Assembly: GCA_964347555.1 (NCBI GenBank)
Contig: CAYFZT010000001.1
Location: 1 to 59,730, forward strand
Length of the DNA stretch: 59,730 bases
Direction of reading: 5' to 3'
DNA from: an uncultured Candidatus Bathyarchaeia archaeon
GTDB taxonomy: Archaea > Thermoproteota > Bathyarchaeia > Bathyarchaeales > Bathyarchaeaceae
Part shown: positions 9,009 through 18,105 of the stretch, piece after piece
Position numbering within the stretch: position 1 is the stretch's first letter
Layout of the letters: each line of letters starts with the position of its first letter
Program-made: the position numbers and the translations under genes
The notes under the pieces: generated by a model
The model's input: the letters and a program-made list of their open reading frames with translations, nothing else
The model's database searches: none
Told to the model about the DNA's origin: nothing

Positions 9009-9533
9009 ATGGTGTTGAAGGATTTCAATTTGCTCATAACGACCTCGCGAGGAAATGAGGAAGATGCCTGCTCTGAGATATGGTATCTGCTTGGCGAAAT
9101 TGGAGATTCCGCCGCCAAGGTTGAAAAAACAGGAATTACTGGAATTGTCGCAGCTAGAACGGCTTTCAACCCTTTTGAAGTTATTGAAAAGTTTCGGAAA
9201 ATATTGAAGGAGAGACCTTACGAATTTCGTTACACGTTCAGAGTGATTCCCATCGAAAAAGTGGTGCGAACCGATCTGAACGAAATAGAACGAGCAACTG
9301 CCGGGCTGAGTTCAAGGATAAAAGAGAAGGAATCTTTCCGAGTGACCGTGGAAAAGCGTTTCACCGCCACAGCAACACAGGACATAATTGAAGTTGCAGC
9401 AGCTAACATTGAAAGAAGAGTTGACTTAAACAATCCAGACAAAATTGTCCTCATCGAAACTGTTGGAGGACTAACCGGCATATCGATAATAAAGCCCGAC
9501 CAGATTCTCGCTGTAACGAAAGAAAAAATCTAA
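9009..9533 (+). CDS. THUMP-domain protein (RNA-modification associated)
   Basis: FNLLITTSRGNEEDACSEIWYLLGE N-terminal ferredoxin-like part. The FRVTVEKRF...IIEVAAANI part is typical of stand-alone archaeal THUMP proteins. Confidence 0.65.
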   Translation: MVLKDFNLLITTSRGNEEDACSEIWYLLGEIGDSAAKVEKTGITGIVAARTAFNPFEVIEKFRKILKERPYEFRYTFRVIPIEKVVRTDLNEIERATAGLSSRIKEKESFRVTVEKRFTATATQDIIEVAAANIERRVDLNNPDKIVLIETVGGLTGISIIKPDQILAVTKEKI

Positions 9534-9535
9534 CT

Positions 9536-10105
9536 TCAACGCTGAGTCACAAGCAAAGCAACATGTTCAATCACCAAATCCGCTAAAGCTTGCTTTTCGC
9601 CGCCCTCATTCATGATTTTTGCCTCCAACTCGACATCTGAAATCCCAAAAAGACTCCTTACGCCCTCAACCTTGTCATCAGTTAACTCTAAAAGCCCATT
9701 ATCTCGTGTGCTTCCAGTTAGAAGTGCAGAAACTTTATTCAAAAGCGACGATGCTTCATTCCGAGTGTCTGCCACGATAACAACGGCGACCTTCTGAGAT
9801 TTCGGACGGATTCCTAGAAGCTTGACGGCTTCCTTAATCTGTCTTTGAGCTGAAGCGTAAAGAAGGACCTCAATACTCAGATTGTTTGAAATATTCAACT
9901 TGTTAGTGAAGGCAGTGACGGCGTTCAAAACAGCAAAGTACAAGTGTTGCCAACCCGCTACAAGGTCTGCATTGAAGAACTGGGCACAAGCATCTCCAGT
10001 TTTTTCTCTGACAAGAAGGAAAAACTTCTTCACATCGTTTATCTGAACGTTTCTAAAACCGGCGATAACGACGTATTTGTTGAAGCCTTCTAGCTTTCGG
10101 ATCAA
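9536..10105 (-). CDS. cgi121: KEOPS complex subunit Cgi121
   Basis: FFNADLVAGWQHLYFAVLNAV...SIEVLLYASAQRQIKEAVKLLGI aligns with my recollection of the conserved Cgi121 core (ASGQRQI motif). Overlaps the upstream PRTase gene by 4 nt. Confidence 0.7.
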   Translation of the reverse strand: MIRKLEGFNKYVVIAGFRNVQINDVKKFFLLVREKTGDACAQFFNADLVAGWQHLYFAVLNAVTAFTNKLNISNNLSIEVLLYASAQRQIKEAVKLLGIRPKSQKVAVVIVADTRNEASSLLNKVSALLTGSTRDNGLLELTDDKVEGVRSLFGISDVELEAKIMNEGGEKQALADLVIEHVALLVTQR

Positions 10106-10704
10106 GCTTGCCCCTCAAGAATCTCCGCGAGGAATCTTTCCACCAGCTTGCGGTCTAAACCATGGCGTACCAGTGTTTTCTTGGCATCTTCAACAGTCTT
10201 GCCTTCGCTTTTGAACCTTTTCACGACATTTTTCACTGTTTCTTTTCTTTCCCATGGAAAAATTATCCAACGTGTTGTTTTGCGCTCGTACCAGTCTGGT
10301 GTTATGACACTCCACGGCTTGTAATAGATTGTTGCGATCTTTACATCCGTTGCTCCTTGCTCCTTTAGATGTGTCCGCACAAGACGTAAGCTCTTGCCAG
10401 TATCTGCCACATCGTCTACAACTAGGATTTTCTTGTCCTTTACTGAAACTGAAACTGGCTGAGTAATCGCAGGTTCACTTTTGGTCTTGGCTACATCCAG
10501 ATAAAACTCAGCTTTCACATTAGCTATCTCTGGGTTTTCAAGCAGATCAGACATTATGCGCGCTGGAGGCCACCCTCCGCGGGAGACTCCTACAATCACG
10601 TCTGGTTTAAAATTGGCTTTTCGAATCTTGCTGGCTAGATCCAGCAACAATTCGTAGATCTTGTCCCATGTAGGAATCTCAAACTCTAGCTCAAACTTGG
10701 ACAT
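10102..10704 (-). CDS. Purine phosphoribosyltransferase (type I PRTase, Hpt/Gpt-like)
   Basis: PRPP-binding loop ILVVDDVADTGKSL, VGVSRGGWPPARIMSD, and C-terminal WIIFPWE. Confidence 0.7.
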   Translation of the reverse strand: MSKFELEFEIPTWDKIYELLLDLASKIRKANFKPDVIVGVSRGGWPPARIMSDLLENPEIANVKAEFYLDVAKTKSEPAITQPVSVSVKDKKILVVDDVADTGKSLRLVRTHLKEQGATDVKIATIYYKPWSVITPDWYERKTTRWIIFPWERKETVKNVVKRFKSEGKTVEDAKKTLVRHGLDRKLVERFLAEILEGQA

Positions 10705-10816
10705 TGATAGGTTTCTCCTCAGAGGGGCAGTCGCACTGATTTTGTAACCAGTGCAGGAAATAAGTTTGTAGCCAACTATTGTAAAAGCTTATAGGCTCAG
10801 TGCTTATGCGTGCATA

Positions 10817-11725
10817 CTAAGGTTGAAAAAGGCTTCTGAGGAAGATTTTTCCTTTTCCAAGCGTTCCACTATAGTTTGTTGCAGTTATCTTTGACACTCC
10901 ATGAACCTGTGTGGCTTTTTCTACACCGATTTTTAGTGCTTTGGTAACATCTTCTAGCCTCAGCCCACTCACTATAACTTCGTAAACGCATTTCACATCC
11001 TCGGGGATCTTGCTTTCCTTGTTTGATGCTAGACATGGACAGTATGCATCGTTAGTGGTTGCTATGGCATCTTTGTACTTTTTTCCTCCAACCTTGGTTC
11101 CAGAAGCCGCAAACTTTCCAACAACATAAGGAATAGTCTTTATGCCTTCGACAGCTTGTTCAGCGGCTTCTAACGCTGCCTCGTCAGACTCTGCTAGGAT
11201 GAGGAACATGCCGCCAGCTACGCCTTTAGCGATTCCAAAAGTTTTTTCTACGTAAAACCATCCGTCCATTCTAGGTATTTTAAACACTTTCCTTCCAAAG
11301 GCTTCGGTTTCTTCTTCGAATCCATCTCCAAAGGTTTGTATGGTTGTACCTTTTGCGTCCACGAAGTCTTCAGCCATTTCCCTCGGCAGAAAATCAAAAA
11401 CGTTAGTTTTAGGGTAGGGTATTACTCCCTTCCTTATTCTAACTATCAGCCATTGCTTCAGACGCTCAAATCTTCTGTCAATAACCTGAATTATGAAACC
11501 CGGTCTTCCATCAGGAGTCTCCTCCGGTTTGGCTTCACCCTCTATTGAGGCTTCTGAAGGGGGAATTGTAGCCGATCTGCCTAAACCCTTAGTCTCCAAG
11601 GCTGATTCTAAAGCCCATTTTTTGTTCACAGATGTTACCAATATCCTAGCTATATGCACTGTAAAAGTTTCACAGAATGTATCTTCGACTGGAACGCCGT
11701 TAACCTTGAATTCTGCCATGGTCAT
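10817..11725 (-). CDS. ftr: Formylmethanofuran--tetrahydromethanopterin N-formyltransferase (canonical Ftr)
   Basis: VNGVPVEDTFCETF...ARILVTS, PEETPDGRPG, GVAGGMFLILAES, TNDAYCP, VKCVYEVIVSGL and ATNYSGTLGKGKIFL closely follow my recollection of characterised Ftr sequences. Confidence 0.85.
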   Translation of the reverse strand: MTMAEFKVNGVPVEDTFCETFTVHIARILVTSVNKKWALESALETKGLGRSATIPPSEASIEGEAKPEETPDGRPGFIIQVIDRRFERLKQWLIVRIRKGVIPYPKTNVFDFLPREMAEDFVDAKGTTIQTFGDGFEEETEAFGRKVFKIPRMDGWFYVEKTFGIAKGVAGGMFLILAESDEAALEAAEQAVEGIKTIPYVVGKFAASGTKVGGKKYKDAIATTNDAYCPCLASNKESKIPEDVKCVYEVIVSGLRLEDVTKALKIGVEKATQVHGVSKITATNYSGTLGKGKIFLRSLFQP

Positions 11726-11848
11726 CCCGACTCTTTCTAAGTTTTAATAAATATACTATTCTGTGATTAGAGTTTTAGGCTATACGACGATAAGATGCGA
11801 CTTTGAGGAAATATAATAAAGAAGAAACGATTCTCGATTAGACGGGAA

Positions 11849-13213
11849 ATGAACATGTCAGAAGTTACAGAGCTTATCAAAAAAGAGAATGTGAGGCAAG
11901 TAGCTTTACAATTCACCGACATGTCTGGCATCTTACATACTCTGTGGATACCTTCTGAGCTCTTCTCGAAGGTAGCTGAAGGGGGCATACATGTGGATGG
12001 TTCGTCAATCGGCATGGTAGACGTAAGCAGAAGCGACCTGAAGTTAATGCCAGACGTAGACACATTCGCAGTGTTGCCACCAGAAATTTTTGCCCAGAAG
12101 GTTGCAAGAGTAGCTTGTGACATCTACCAGCCAGAATCGAACAGGCCTTTTGAGCTTGACCCAAGATTTGTCCTAAAGAAAGTTATGGACGACGTTAAGA
12201 AAAGCCTGGGGACCTCTGTAAAATATTACGCATCTAGTGAATTGGAATATTTCCTGTTTAAAAGAGGCGAAAATGGCGACATCAAACTACTCGACGAAGG
12301 GGGATATTTGGCTACTCCTCCAGCAGATCTCGGTGTTGATTTGAGACTTGAAATCGTAAAAAATCTTAGAAACATGGGCGTTTTGATCGAAAAACACCAC
12401 CATGAAGTACCTCCTGGCAAATACGAGTTGGAGCTGGGGTTGGAGTTGGGATTGGAGCTGGGAATTAGAGCTGGGGACTTGAATGCATTAATGATAGTTG
12501 ATACTCTTTACTTGGTTAAGTTCCTCACGAAACTAATTGCTGCTAAAAGTGGACTTATCGCTTCCTTTATGCCGAAGCCTTTTCACGGTCAATTTGGGGC
12601 TGGGCTACACACTCACGTTACTCTCATAGATGAGGAAAAGAATCAAAACCTTTTTTATGACCCAGCCGAGAGTTATGGTCTCAGCAAAACATGCTTAAAC
12701 TTCATAGCTGGCATTTTAGCTCACGCAAGAACTTTGGTAGCCCTGACAAACCCGTCCGTCAACTCCTACAAGAGGCTTGTTCCAGGCTGGGAGGCGCCGG
12801 TTTACATTTCATGGGGAAGATATAATCGGTCAGCCCTTATCCGGGTTCCCCCTGGAAAAGAGATGAGAACTAGACTGGAGTACAGACCCACAGACGGATC
12901 ATGTAATTTCTACATAGCATTTGCTGCTATTCTAGCCGCTGGACTGGACGGCATAAGAAGAAAAATTGAGCCTTCAGAGCCTGTGGAAGAGGATATATAC
13001 AAAATGAGCGGAGAAGAAAGAGTTAAGCGAGGCATAGAGGTTCTCCCAGAAAATCTGGGCGACGCTTTAAAGGAGCTCTCCAAAGACAAAATTATACGGG
13101 ATGCCTTGGGGCACGCGTTCTGCGAAAAGTTTCTAAAACTTAAGACGAAAGAGTGGAGAGATTTTAACGTCACAGTACACGAATGGGAAAGAAAGAAGTA
13201 TCTTGATGTTTAG
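11849..13213 (+). CDS. Glutamine synthetase family protein (type I-like) with an in-frame tandem-repeat insertion in the catalytic barrel
   Basis: VALQFTDMSGILH N-domain, HHEVPPGKYE, SFMPKPF, GAGLHTHV, NSYKRLVPGWEAP and RLEYRPTDGSCNFY are GS signatures. An extra GLELGLELGI follows the E-x-E strand. Confidence 0.8.
   Translation: MNMSEVTELIKKENVRQVALQFTDMSGILHTLWIPSELFSKVAEGGIHVDGSSIGMVDVSRSDLKLMPDVDTFAVLPPEIFAQKVARVACDIYQPESNRPFELDPRFVLKKVMDDVKKSLGTSVKYYASSELEYFLFKRGENGDIKLLDEGGYLATPPADLGVDLRLEIVKNLRNMGVLIEKHHHEVPPGKYELELGLELGLELGIRAGDLNALMIVDTLYLVKFLTKLIAAKSGLIASFMPKPFHGQFGAGLHTHVTLIDEEKNQNLFYDPAESYGLSKTCLNFIAGILAHARTLVALTNPSVNSYKRLVPGWEAPVYISWGRYNRSALIRVPPGKEMRTRLEYRPTDGSCNFYIAFAAILAAGLDGIRRKIEPSEPVEEDIYKMSGEERVKRGIEVLPENLGDALKELSKDKIIRDALGHAFCEKFLKLKTKEWRDFNVTVHEWERKKYLDV
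12425..12473 (+). repeat. Degenerate 12-nt tandem repeat (about 4 copies of GnnTTGGAGCTG) inside the GS-like CDS
   Basis: gagttggagctg / gggttggagttg / ggattggagctg / ggaattagagctg, encoding ELEL-GLEL-GLEL-GIRA. Confidence 0.85.
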
Positions 13214-13240
13214 GTCATTCTCCTGAAAGGACGAAAAATC

Positions 13241-14512
13241 ATGGCGATAAAAGCTGACTTCGCAATAATCAACGCAAATGAGCTGGCTACTTTAAAGGGA
13301 ACAAGCAGAAAACCTAGAGTCAGAGGGGAAATGAGTAATCTTGGCATAATAAATGGAGGAGCTGTCGCTGTTAAAGATGAAAAGATAGTGACTGTAGGAA
13401 CTACAGAGGAAGTGTTGCACAAGCTTGAAAAAGGATTTGAAGTCGTAGAGGCCACTGGAAAACTTGTTACGCCTGGGCTCATTGACCCTCACGTGCACTT
13501 GATTTTTGCTGGTTCACGAGAAGAAGAACTTGAGTCGATGGCTGTGAAGGGTATTCCATACTTGGAGATCAAGGATAGAGGAGGGGGCATGCCCACAACG
13601 CTGAGAAAAACGGGTGAAGCAACCACAGAAGAACTGCTGGAAAAAACAGCCCGTATACTTGACACGATGTTGATTCACGGCACAACAACAATAGAAGCGA
13701 AGAGCGGATATGAAATGACTTTTCACGGCGAACTCAGACAATTAGAGGTAATTGACATCCTTAATAAGCGGCATCCAGTTGACTTGATTCCAACTTTTTT
13801 GGCTCAAGGAATCCCTAATGAATATGAAAATAAAGTTGACCAATTAACAGACGAAATTGTTGGGAAATGGATTCCAGAAATTGCAAAGAGAAAACTGGCT
13901 GAATACTGCGATGTATTCTGTGAAAAGGGATATTTCAATGTCGCCCAGTCTAAGCGAATACTTGAGACTGGCAGAAACCACGGTATGAAGTTGAGGATTC
14001 ACGCTGACTGGCTTGTTCACAGTGGAGGAGCAAGACTGGGCGCTGAACTAGGAGTTGTCTCTGCTGATCACCTAATCTTCACGCCAATGGAAGACATTGA
14101 AGCCTTGAAAAAGAAAGGCACTATTGGAGTTTTCCTGCCAACTACCCCCTTCTGCTATTTAGGCACCTATGCAAAAGCTAGGGAAATTATTAACAGAGGA
14201 TTGCCTGTGGCGTTAGCAACCGATTTAAGTGCAGCAAACATGTGTGAATCCATACAGATGATGATGACAATTGCGATTCTTCAGATGAAAATGACCACAG
14301 AAGAAGCCCTTGCTGCAGCGACAATTAATGCAGCTCACTCCGTAGAGCGGGCTCATGAAATAGGAAGCCTAGAAGAAGGAAAAAAGGCAGACATAGTTAT
14401 CTTTGATGCTCCTAATCACAAATATTTCCCATATCACTACGGTGTCAACTTGGCGGAAAAAGTCTTCAAAAACGGAAAGCTAGTCGTAGAAAAAGGTAGA
14501 AGAATTAAGTAA
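13241..14512 (+). CDS. Imidazolonepropionase-like amidohydrolase (HutI family)
   Basis: PGLIDPHVHLIFAGSREEE, TTTIEAKSGYEM, RIHADWL...SADHL and LATD follow the HutI/metal-dependent amidohydrolase pattern. The substrate is uncertain because no hutH or hutU lies nearby. Confidence 0.65.
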   Translation: MAIKADFAIINANELATLKGTSRKPRVRGEMSNLGIINGGAVAVKDEKIVTVGTTEEVLHKLEKGFEVVEATGKLVTPGLIDPHVHLIFAGSREEELESMAVKGIPYLEIKDRGGGMPTTLRKTGEATTEELLEKTARILDTMLIHGTTTIEAKSGYEMTFHGELRQLEVIDILNKRHPVDLIPTFLAQGIPNEYENKVDQLTDEIVGKWIPEIAKRKLAEYCDVFCEKGYFNVAQSKRILETGRNHGMKLRIHADWLVHSGGARLGAELGVVSADHLIFTPMEDIEALKKKGTIGVFLPTTPFCYLGTYAKAREIINRGLPVALATDLSAANMCESIQMMMTIAILQMKMTTEEALAAATINAAHSVERAHEIGSLEEGKKADIVIFDAPNHKYFPYHYGVNLAEKVFKNGKLVVEKGRRIK

Positions 14513-14539
14513 GTTTCTTGGCAACTTGTTGGCTTTCGA

Positions 14540-14893
14540 TTATTTTCGCCACATGCGAAGAGCCGAAGCTACAGCCAATATCCCGATGATCGCTAAGAAG
14601 ACCGCTAACGTATAGACCAAGTTAGCCACTTGAATGTTGAGAAACCAGACTCCTCCAACGGCGACGAGCAGTATTCCTCCTACAAAGGTGCTGAAGGGTC
14701 CACGCTCATATTTTTCTGGACTTTTCAGGCGAATTCCTGCGAGAACTATAATCCAAATTCCGGAGAAAGCAATGATGAGGGAAAGGACTTCGTCTGCTCT
14801 CCCAATAAGGCCTGCAGCGTAAGCCAGTATGCAGACAGCTACGATAATAACGAAGATTCCGAGAGAGAGCAAACCGGTGGGTTTTCTCGCCAT
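14540..14893 (-). CDS. Small integral membrane protein (about 4 TM)
   Basis: Four hydrophobic segments. It is the last gene of the minus-strand 17219-14540 cluster. Confidence 0.6.
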   Translation of the reverse strand: MARKPTGLLSLGIFVIIVAVCILAYAAGLIGRADEVLSLIIAFSGIWIIVLAGIRLKSPEKYERGPFSTFVGGILLVAVGGVWFLNIQVANLVYTLAVFLAIIGILAVASALRMWRK

Positions 14894-14906
14894 GACATTT
14901 CTCCAG

Positions 14907-15872
14907 CTATTTCATCTTTTTACCACAGTCAGGGCAGAACTTCGCTGTTTTGAGCACTGGGTGTCCGCATTTTGGGCATTTTGTTGTTCCAGTTGGTGCC
15001 GCTTCAATTTTGTTTCCGCATTCAAGGCAAAACTTTGATGTAGCGGGTATTCTGGCGTTGCAGTTTGGGCATATAATGAGGGCGGCTGCGGGTGTAGGTG
15101 CTGGTCCAGTTGGCGTCATTATTTGTGGTATGAGCACCATTCCTGTGCCGAGGCCTGCACCAGGAGATTTTCCAAGCTCTTTGGCAGCTTCTTTCACTGT
15201 TTCCATTCTTAACACTTCCTCTGCAGCTCTTGTTTGTCTTAGCCAGAACAAGCGGTCTCTGAATTCAGGTGTGGTGTCGATTCCTTCGAAACGGAGATCG
15301 GTGAGGTCGAGTCCTATTCGCTTAAAAGCGTCTAAAATGTCGTTTTTCACAGCCAATGAGGTTTCATCCAACTTCGTGAACACTGTGACAAGGTCATATC
15401 GGGAAAGCTCATCAATCATTCTTTCGTTAACATAGCCTCGGAGGTAATTGTTCACGTCACTTGATGTGTAGGCGTTTTGTCCTCCAACAACCTCCATAAC
15501 AAATAGTTGAGGATCTTCAACTTTAAACCAGAAACCGCCATGAACTTGCAGTGGAGCCAATTCGGTTGTTTGAGCTTTTGCCCCGTACTTGCCTGCGAAA
15601 ACACGGGTTGAAATGAAGATTACTGACGCTTTAAACGGCTTTTCTCCGTAGCCTGCAATGCGTGACAGGATGCCCGTCAGCAAGGGCAGATTTAATGTCG
15701 TAAGCGTGTGTCTTCCTGGACCTAAAACGTCGTAGGCTTTTCCGTCTCTAAAAAAGACGGCTGCTTCATATTCGCGAACGACGAGTTGGGATCCCCAAGT
15801 AATCTCATCTTCTGGGTGTCTCCAAACGATGTCTTCCGATCTCGGGTTTTTCCACTCTAAAATTTGCGGCAT
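14907..15872 (-). CDS. SPFH/Band-7-like protein (YdjI/COG4260 type) with two C-terminal zinc ribbons
   Basis: The ILEWKNPRSEDIVWRHPEDEITWGSQLVVREYEAAVFFRDGK N-terminus is typical of the YdjI-like family as I recall it. The C-terminus carries CPNCNARIPATSKFCLECG and CPKCGHPVLKTAKFCPDCG. Confidence 0.7.
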   Translation of the reverse strand: MPQILEWKNPRSEDIVWRHPEDEITWGSQLVVREYEAAVFFRDGKAYDVLGPGRHTLTTLNLPLLTGILSRIAGYGEKPFKASVIFISTRVFAGKYGAKAQTTELAPLQVHGGFWFKVEDPQLFVMEVVGGQNAYTSSDVNNYLRGYVNERMIDELSRYDLVTVFTKLDETSLAVKNDILDAFKRIGLDLTDLRFEGIDTTPEFRDRLFWLRQTRAAEEVLRMETVKEAAKELGKSPGAGLGTGMVLIPQIMTPTGPAPTPAAALIICPNCNARIPATSKFCLECGNKIEAAPTGTTKCPKCGHPVLKTAKFCPDCGKKMK

Positions 15873-15873
15873 C

Positions 15874-16431
15874 TTATTTCACTCCCAAAATAACTTCTTG
15901 TCTTTCGTCAAATTTTTCTTCCAATGATTCTAAGGAGTTACTGAGTGTTTGAATATGTTCCGTTGTTTTCTCAATCTTTCCTTTCATGACTTCTCCCTTT
16001 AAGTCATTGGTTTCTTTGACAATTCTTTCCACATAACCAAACAGCTCGTTGTCAAAAGCGGTCATCTTGTCGAGTTTCTCTTCCTCAACCTTCAGAATGT
16101 TGAAGAAGCCCGCATAACCATAAGAAGCGTGGTTAATCTTTTCAGAGACTCTGTCAAATCTCATTAGAAAGCGATCCATATCTTTTAAAACTTCATGGAG
16201 GCGGCGGTCTGAAAGCTTTTGAAAAACTTCTTTTAGATCTTTTTTTGCTTCTGCAAGTTTTCGATATATGTGATTGCGAAGGAGTTTGTCGCTTTCTCTG
16301 CGGAGTTCCTTTTCCTTGTATCCTCTGAATCCTGGGATTTCCGCTAGGATTCTTTCGGAAAGCCTCATCTCTCCTTTTGCCTTTTTATAGAACCCTTTTT
16401 CCTCGCTCATAACCAACTGTCTCCTGTTCAT
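15874..16431 (-). CDS. All-helical coiled-coil protein of unknown function
   Basis: Heptad-rich and highly charged. 2-nt spacing to the downstream SPFH gene. The start may be the internal Met of MSEEKG at 16410. Confidence 0.6.
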   Translation of the reverse strand: MNRRQLVMSEEKGFYKKAKGEMRLSERILAEIPGFRGYKEKELRRESDKLLRNHIYRKLAEAKKDLKEVFQKLSDRRLHEVLKDMDRFLMRFDRVSEKINHASYGYAGFFNILKVEEEKLDKMTAFDNELFGYVERIVKETNDLKGEVMKGKIEKTTEHIQTLSNSLESLEEKFDERQEVILGVK

Positions 16432-16466
16432 ACCATAAGGTTAAACTGAGGCTTTTAAGATTTTCA

Positions 16467-17219
16467 TTAGAGAAGTCCAGTCTTTGTTGCAGGTATGTCT
16501 CCTTTTATGACCATGCCTGTAGCCCCGTCTAAAAGAATCTGGTAGCGTTCACCTTTATATTCGTAAACAATGAGCCAAATGGGGGCGTGAAGATACACAA
16601 TGTCGCCTATGTCGAAGTCGGTTTTCATCTCTATTATCTTGTCCACATCTTGCTTCACTAAGAACTGATGATGTCCTTCAATCTGCTGCCGCGCCAATTC
16701 AACTGCTTCCTGCTTCTCCATCTCGCTATTGAGCACCTTAGCAAAGCCTTCGATTTTTCGGAAATCGTAGGGAATCTTTCCTTCTAATGGAACGTCATAC
16801 GCTCTTGTTGGAAACTCTGTGGCTTTCCTTGCTAAAACCAACCAGCTATACTTTTTCTCAATTTTTCCTTCCTTCACCACAGGCGGAACCAAGCGTTCAA
16901 AAATCCCTTTGTAAATTGTAGTAGCAGATGCGGATACTATCCAAAAGGGCGAATATGTTAACGTTTTTTCTAAGATCTTAGATGAACGGGCAAGATCTCC
17001 AGGCTTTAGAAAGCCGCTTCTCATCCAGTTGTGTGCCAACTTTTCAATCTGTTCTAGATCGTATTCGTTGAGAAGCATCGAATGTTCTAACGTAAACGCT
17101 TTGCCAGTTTCGATGACTTGTGTAAAACCGCAGTAACGACAAGTGGCAACGATATCGCCTGGTTTAAACTCTAAGGGCCCGCCACAGTTGGAACAGCGAA
17201 TCTCTTCAACAATTGACAT
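16467..17219 (-). CDS. Zinc-ribbon protein with an uncharacterised C-terminal domain
   Basis: N-terminal CSNCGGPLEFKPGDIVATCRYCG ribbon. C-terminal YLHAPIWLIVYEYKGERYQILLDGATGMVIKGDIP strand motif. Confidence 0.6.
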   Translation of the reverse strand: MSIVEEIRCSNCGGPLEFKPGDIVATCRYCGFTQVIETGKAFTLEHSMLLNEYDLEQIEKLAHNWMRSGFLKPGDLARSSKILEKTLTYSPFWIVSASATTIYKGIFERLVPPVVKEGKIEKKYSWLVLARKATEFPTRAYDVPLEGKIPYDFRKIEGFAKVLNSEMEKQEAVELARQQIEGHHQFLVKQDVDKIIEMKTDFDIGDIVYLHAPIWLIVYEYKGERYQILLDGATGMVIKGDIPATKTGLL

Positions 17220-17427
17220 AGTGCATCCTCTTTGAAACTTACTTGACGCAGGTTCAACATAAGCTTTCTTTGGCAGGTTTATTGTTTGGAATTAGAAAGG
17301 GGGTTAAAGCCATCATGAGAAGGCGTTTTGTTAAAAAAGAAAACGTTATAAGACGAAGTGATTTCTAGATACGCAATTCAGCTATGACATGGGATAAAAC
17401 AGGTTTCCACACGACACTTATGAACTG

Positions 17428-18105
17428 GTGAATAGTTTGATTCCCATTCGTGACGCAAATCGTTCTTTAACCACACCTCATATTACCAGAATACTCATCA
17501 TAGTTAATGTGATAGTGTTCTTCATCTCTTGGCTTCCAGGCACGCTAGATCAAGCTATTTGGAAATATGGAATGATTCCCGCTTTCATAATTAAAGGAGA
17601 AAAATCATGGACACTTTTGACTTCCATGTTTTTGCACGGCGACCTTCTCCATTTAGCTTTCAACATGTTGTACCTTTACATATTCGGCGACAATGTGGAA
17701 GATGTCTTCGGGCATGGGCGCTATTTCCTCGCTTACATTCTTTCAGGGACCATTGCAAGTGCCATATACATATGGACACTGGTAAGTTCGCATGACGTTA
17801 ACGCATTGTGGATTCCAACTATTGGAGCCTCAGGCGCCATTTCAGGGATTCTCGGAGCATACCTTGTTTTGCATCCAAAAGCCAGAGTGCTCACTCTAGT
17901 AATTCTTGGTTGGATAACCATTCTGCCAGTTCCTGCGGTTCTTTTCCTCGGCTTCTGGTTCGTTCTTCAAGTACTCTACGGTGTGTTAACTATTGGATTC
18001 GGTGCAGTTACTTCAATTGCTTATTGGGCTCACATAGGTGGCTTTCTGGCAGGGCTGGTCTTCGGTTTGGTTTGGAGACGTAGAAGGGTGAGACATGAAC
18101 TCTAG
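17428..18105 (+). CDS. Rhomboid-family intramembrane serine protease
   Basis: SMFLHGDLLHLAFNM, catalytic GASGAISGILGAY, and the HIGGFLAGL histidine helix. Confidence 0.85.
   Translation: MNSLIPIRDANRSLTTPHITRILIIVNVIVFFISWLPGTLDQAIWKYGMIPAFIIKGEKSWTLLTSMFLHGDLLHLAFNMLYLYIFGDNVEDVFGHGRYFLAYILSGTIASAIYIWTLVSSHDVNALWIPTIGASGAISGILGAYLVLHPKARVLTLVILGWITILPVPAVLFLGFWFVLQVLYGVLTIGFGAVTSIAYWAHIGGFLAGLVFGLVWRRRRVRHEL

Noticed and set aside
8834-9169. 111-aa minus-strand ORF between the asparaginase and THUMP genes
   Set aside because: It overlaps the THUMP gene start, has no motif, and covers what should be the divergent promoter region.
11310-11330. TTCGAATCC T-loop-like string
   Set aside because: It lies inside the ftr coding sequence and has no flanking stems that could form a cloverleaf.
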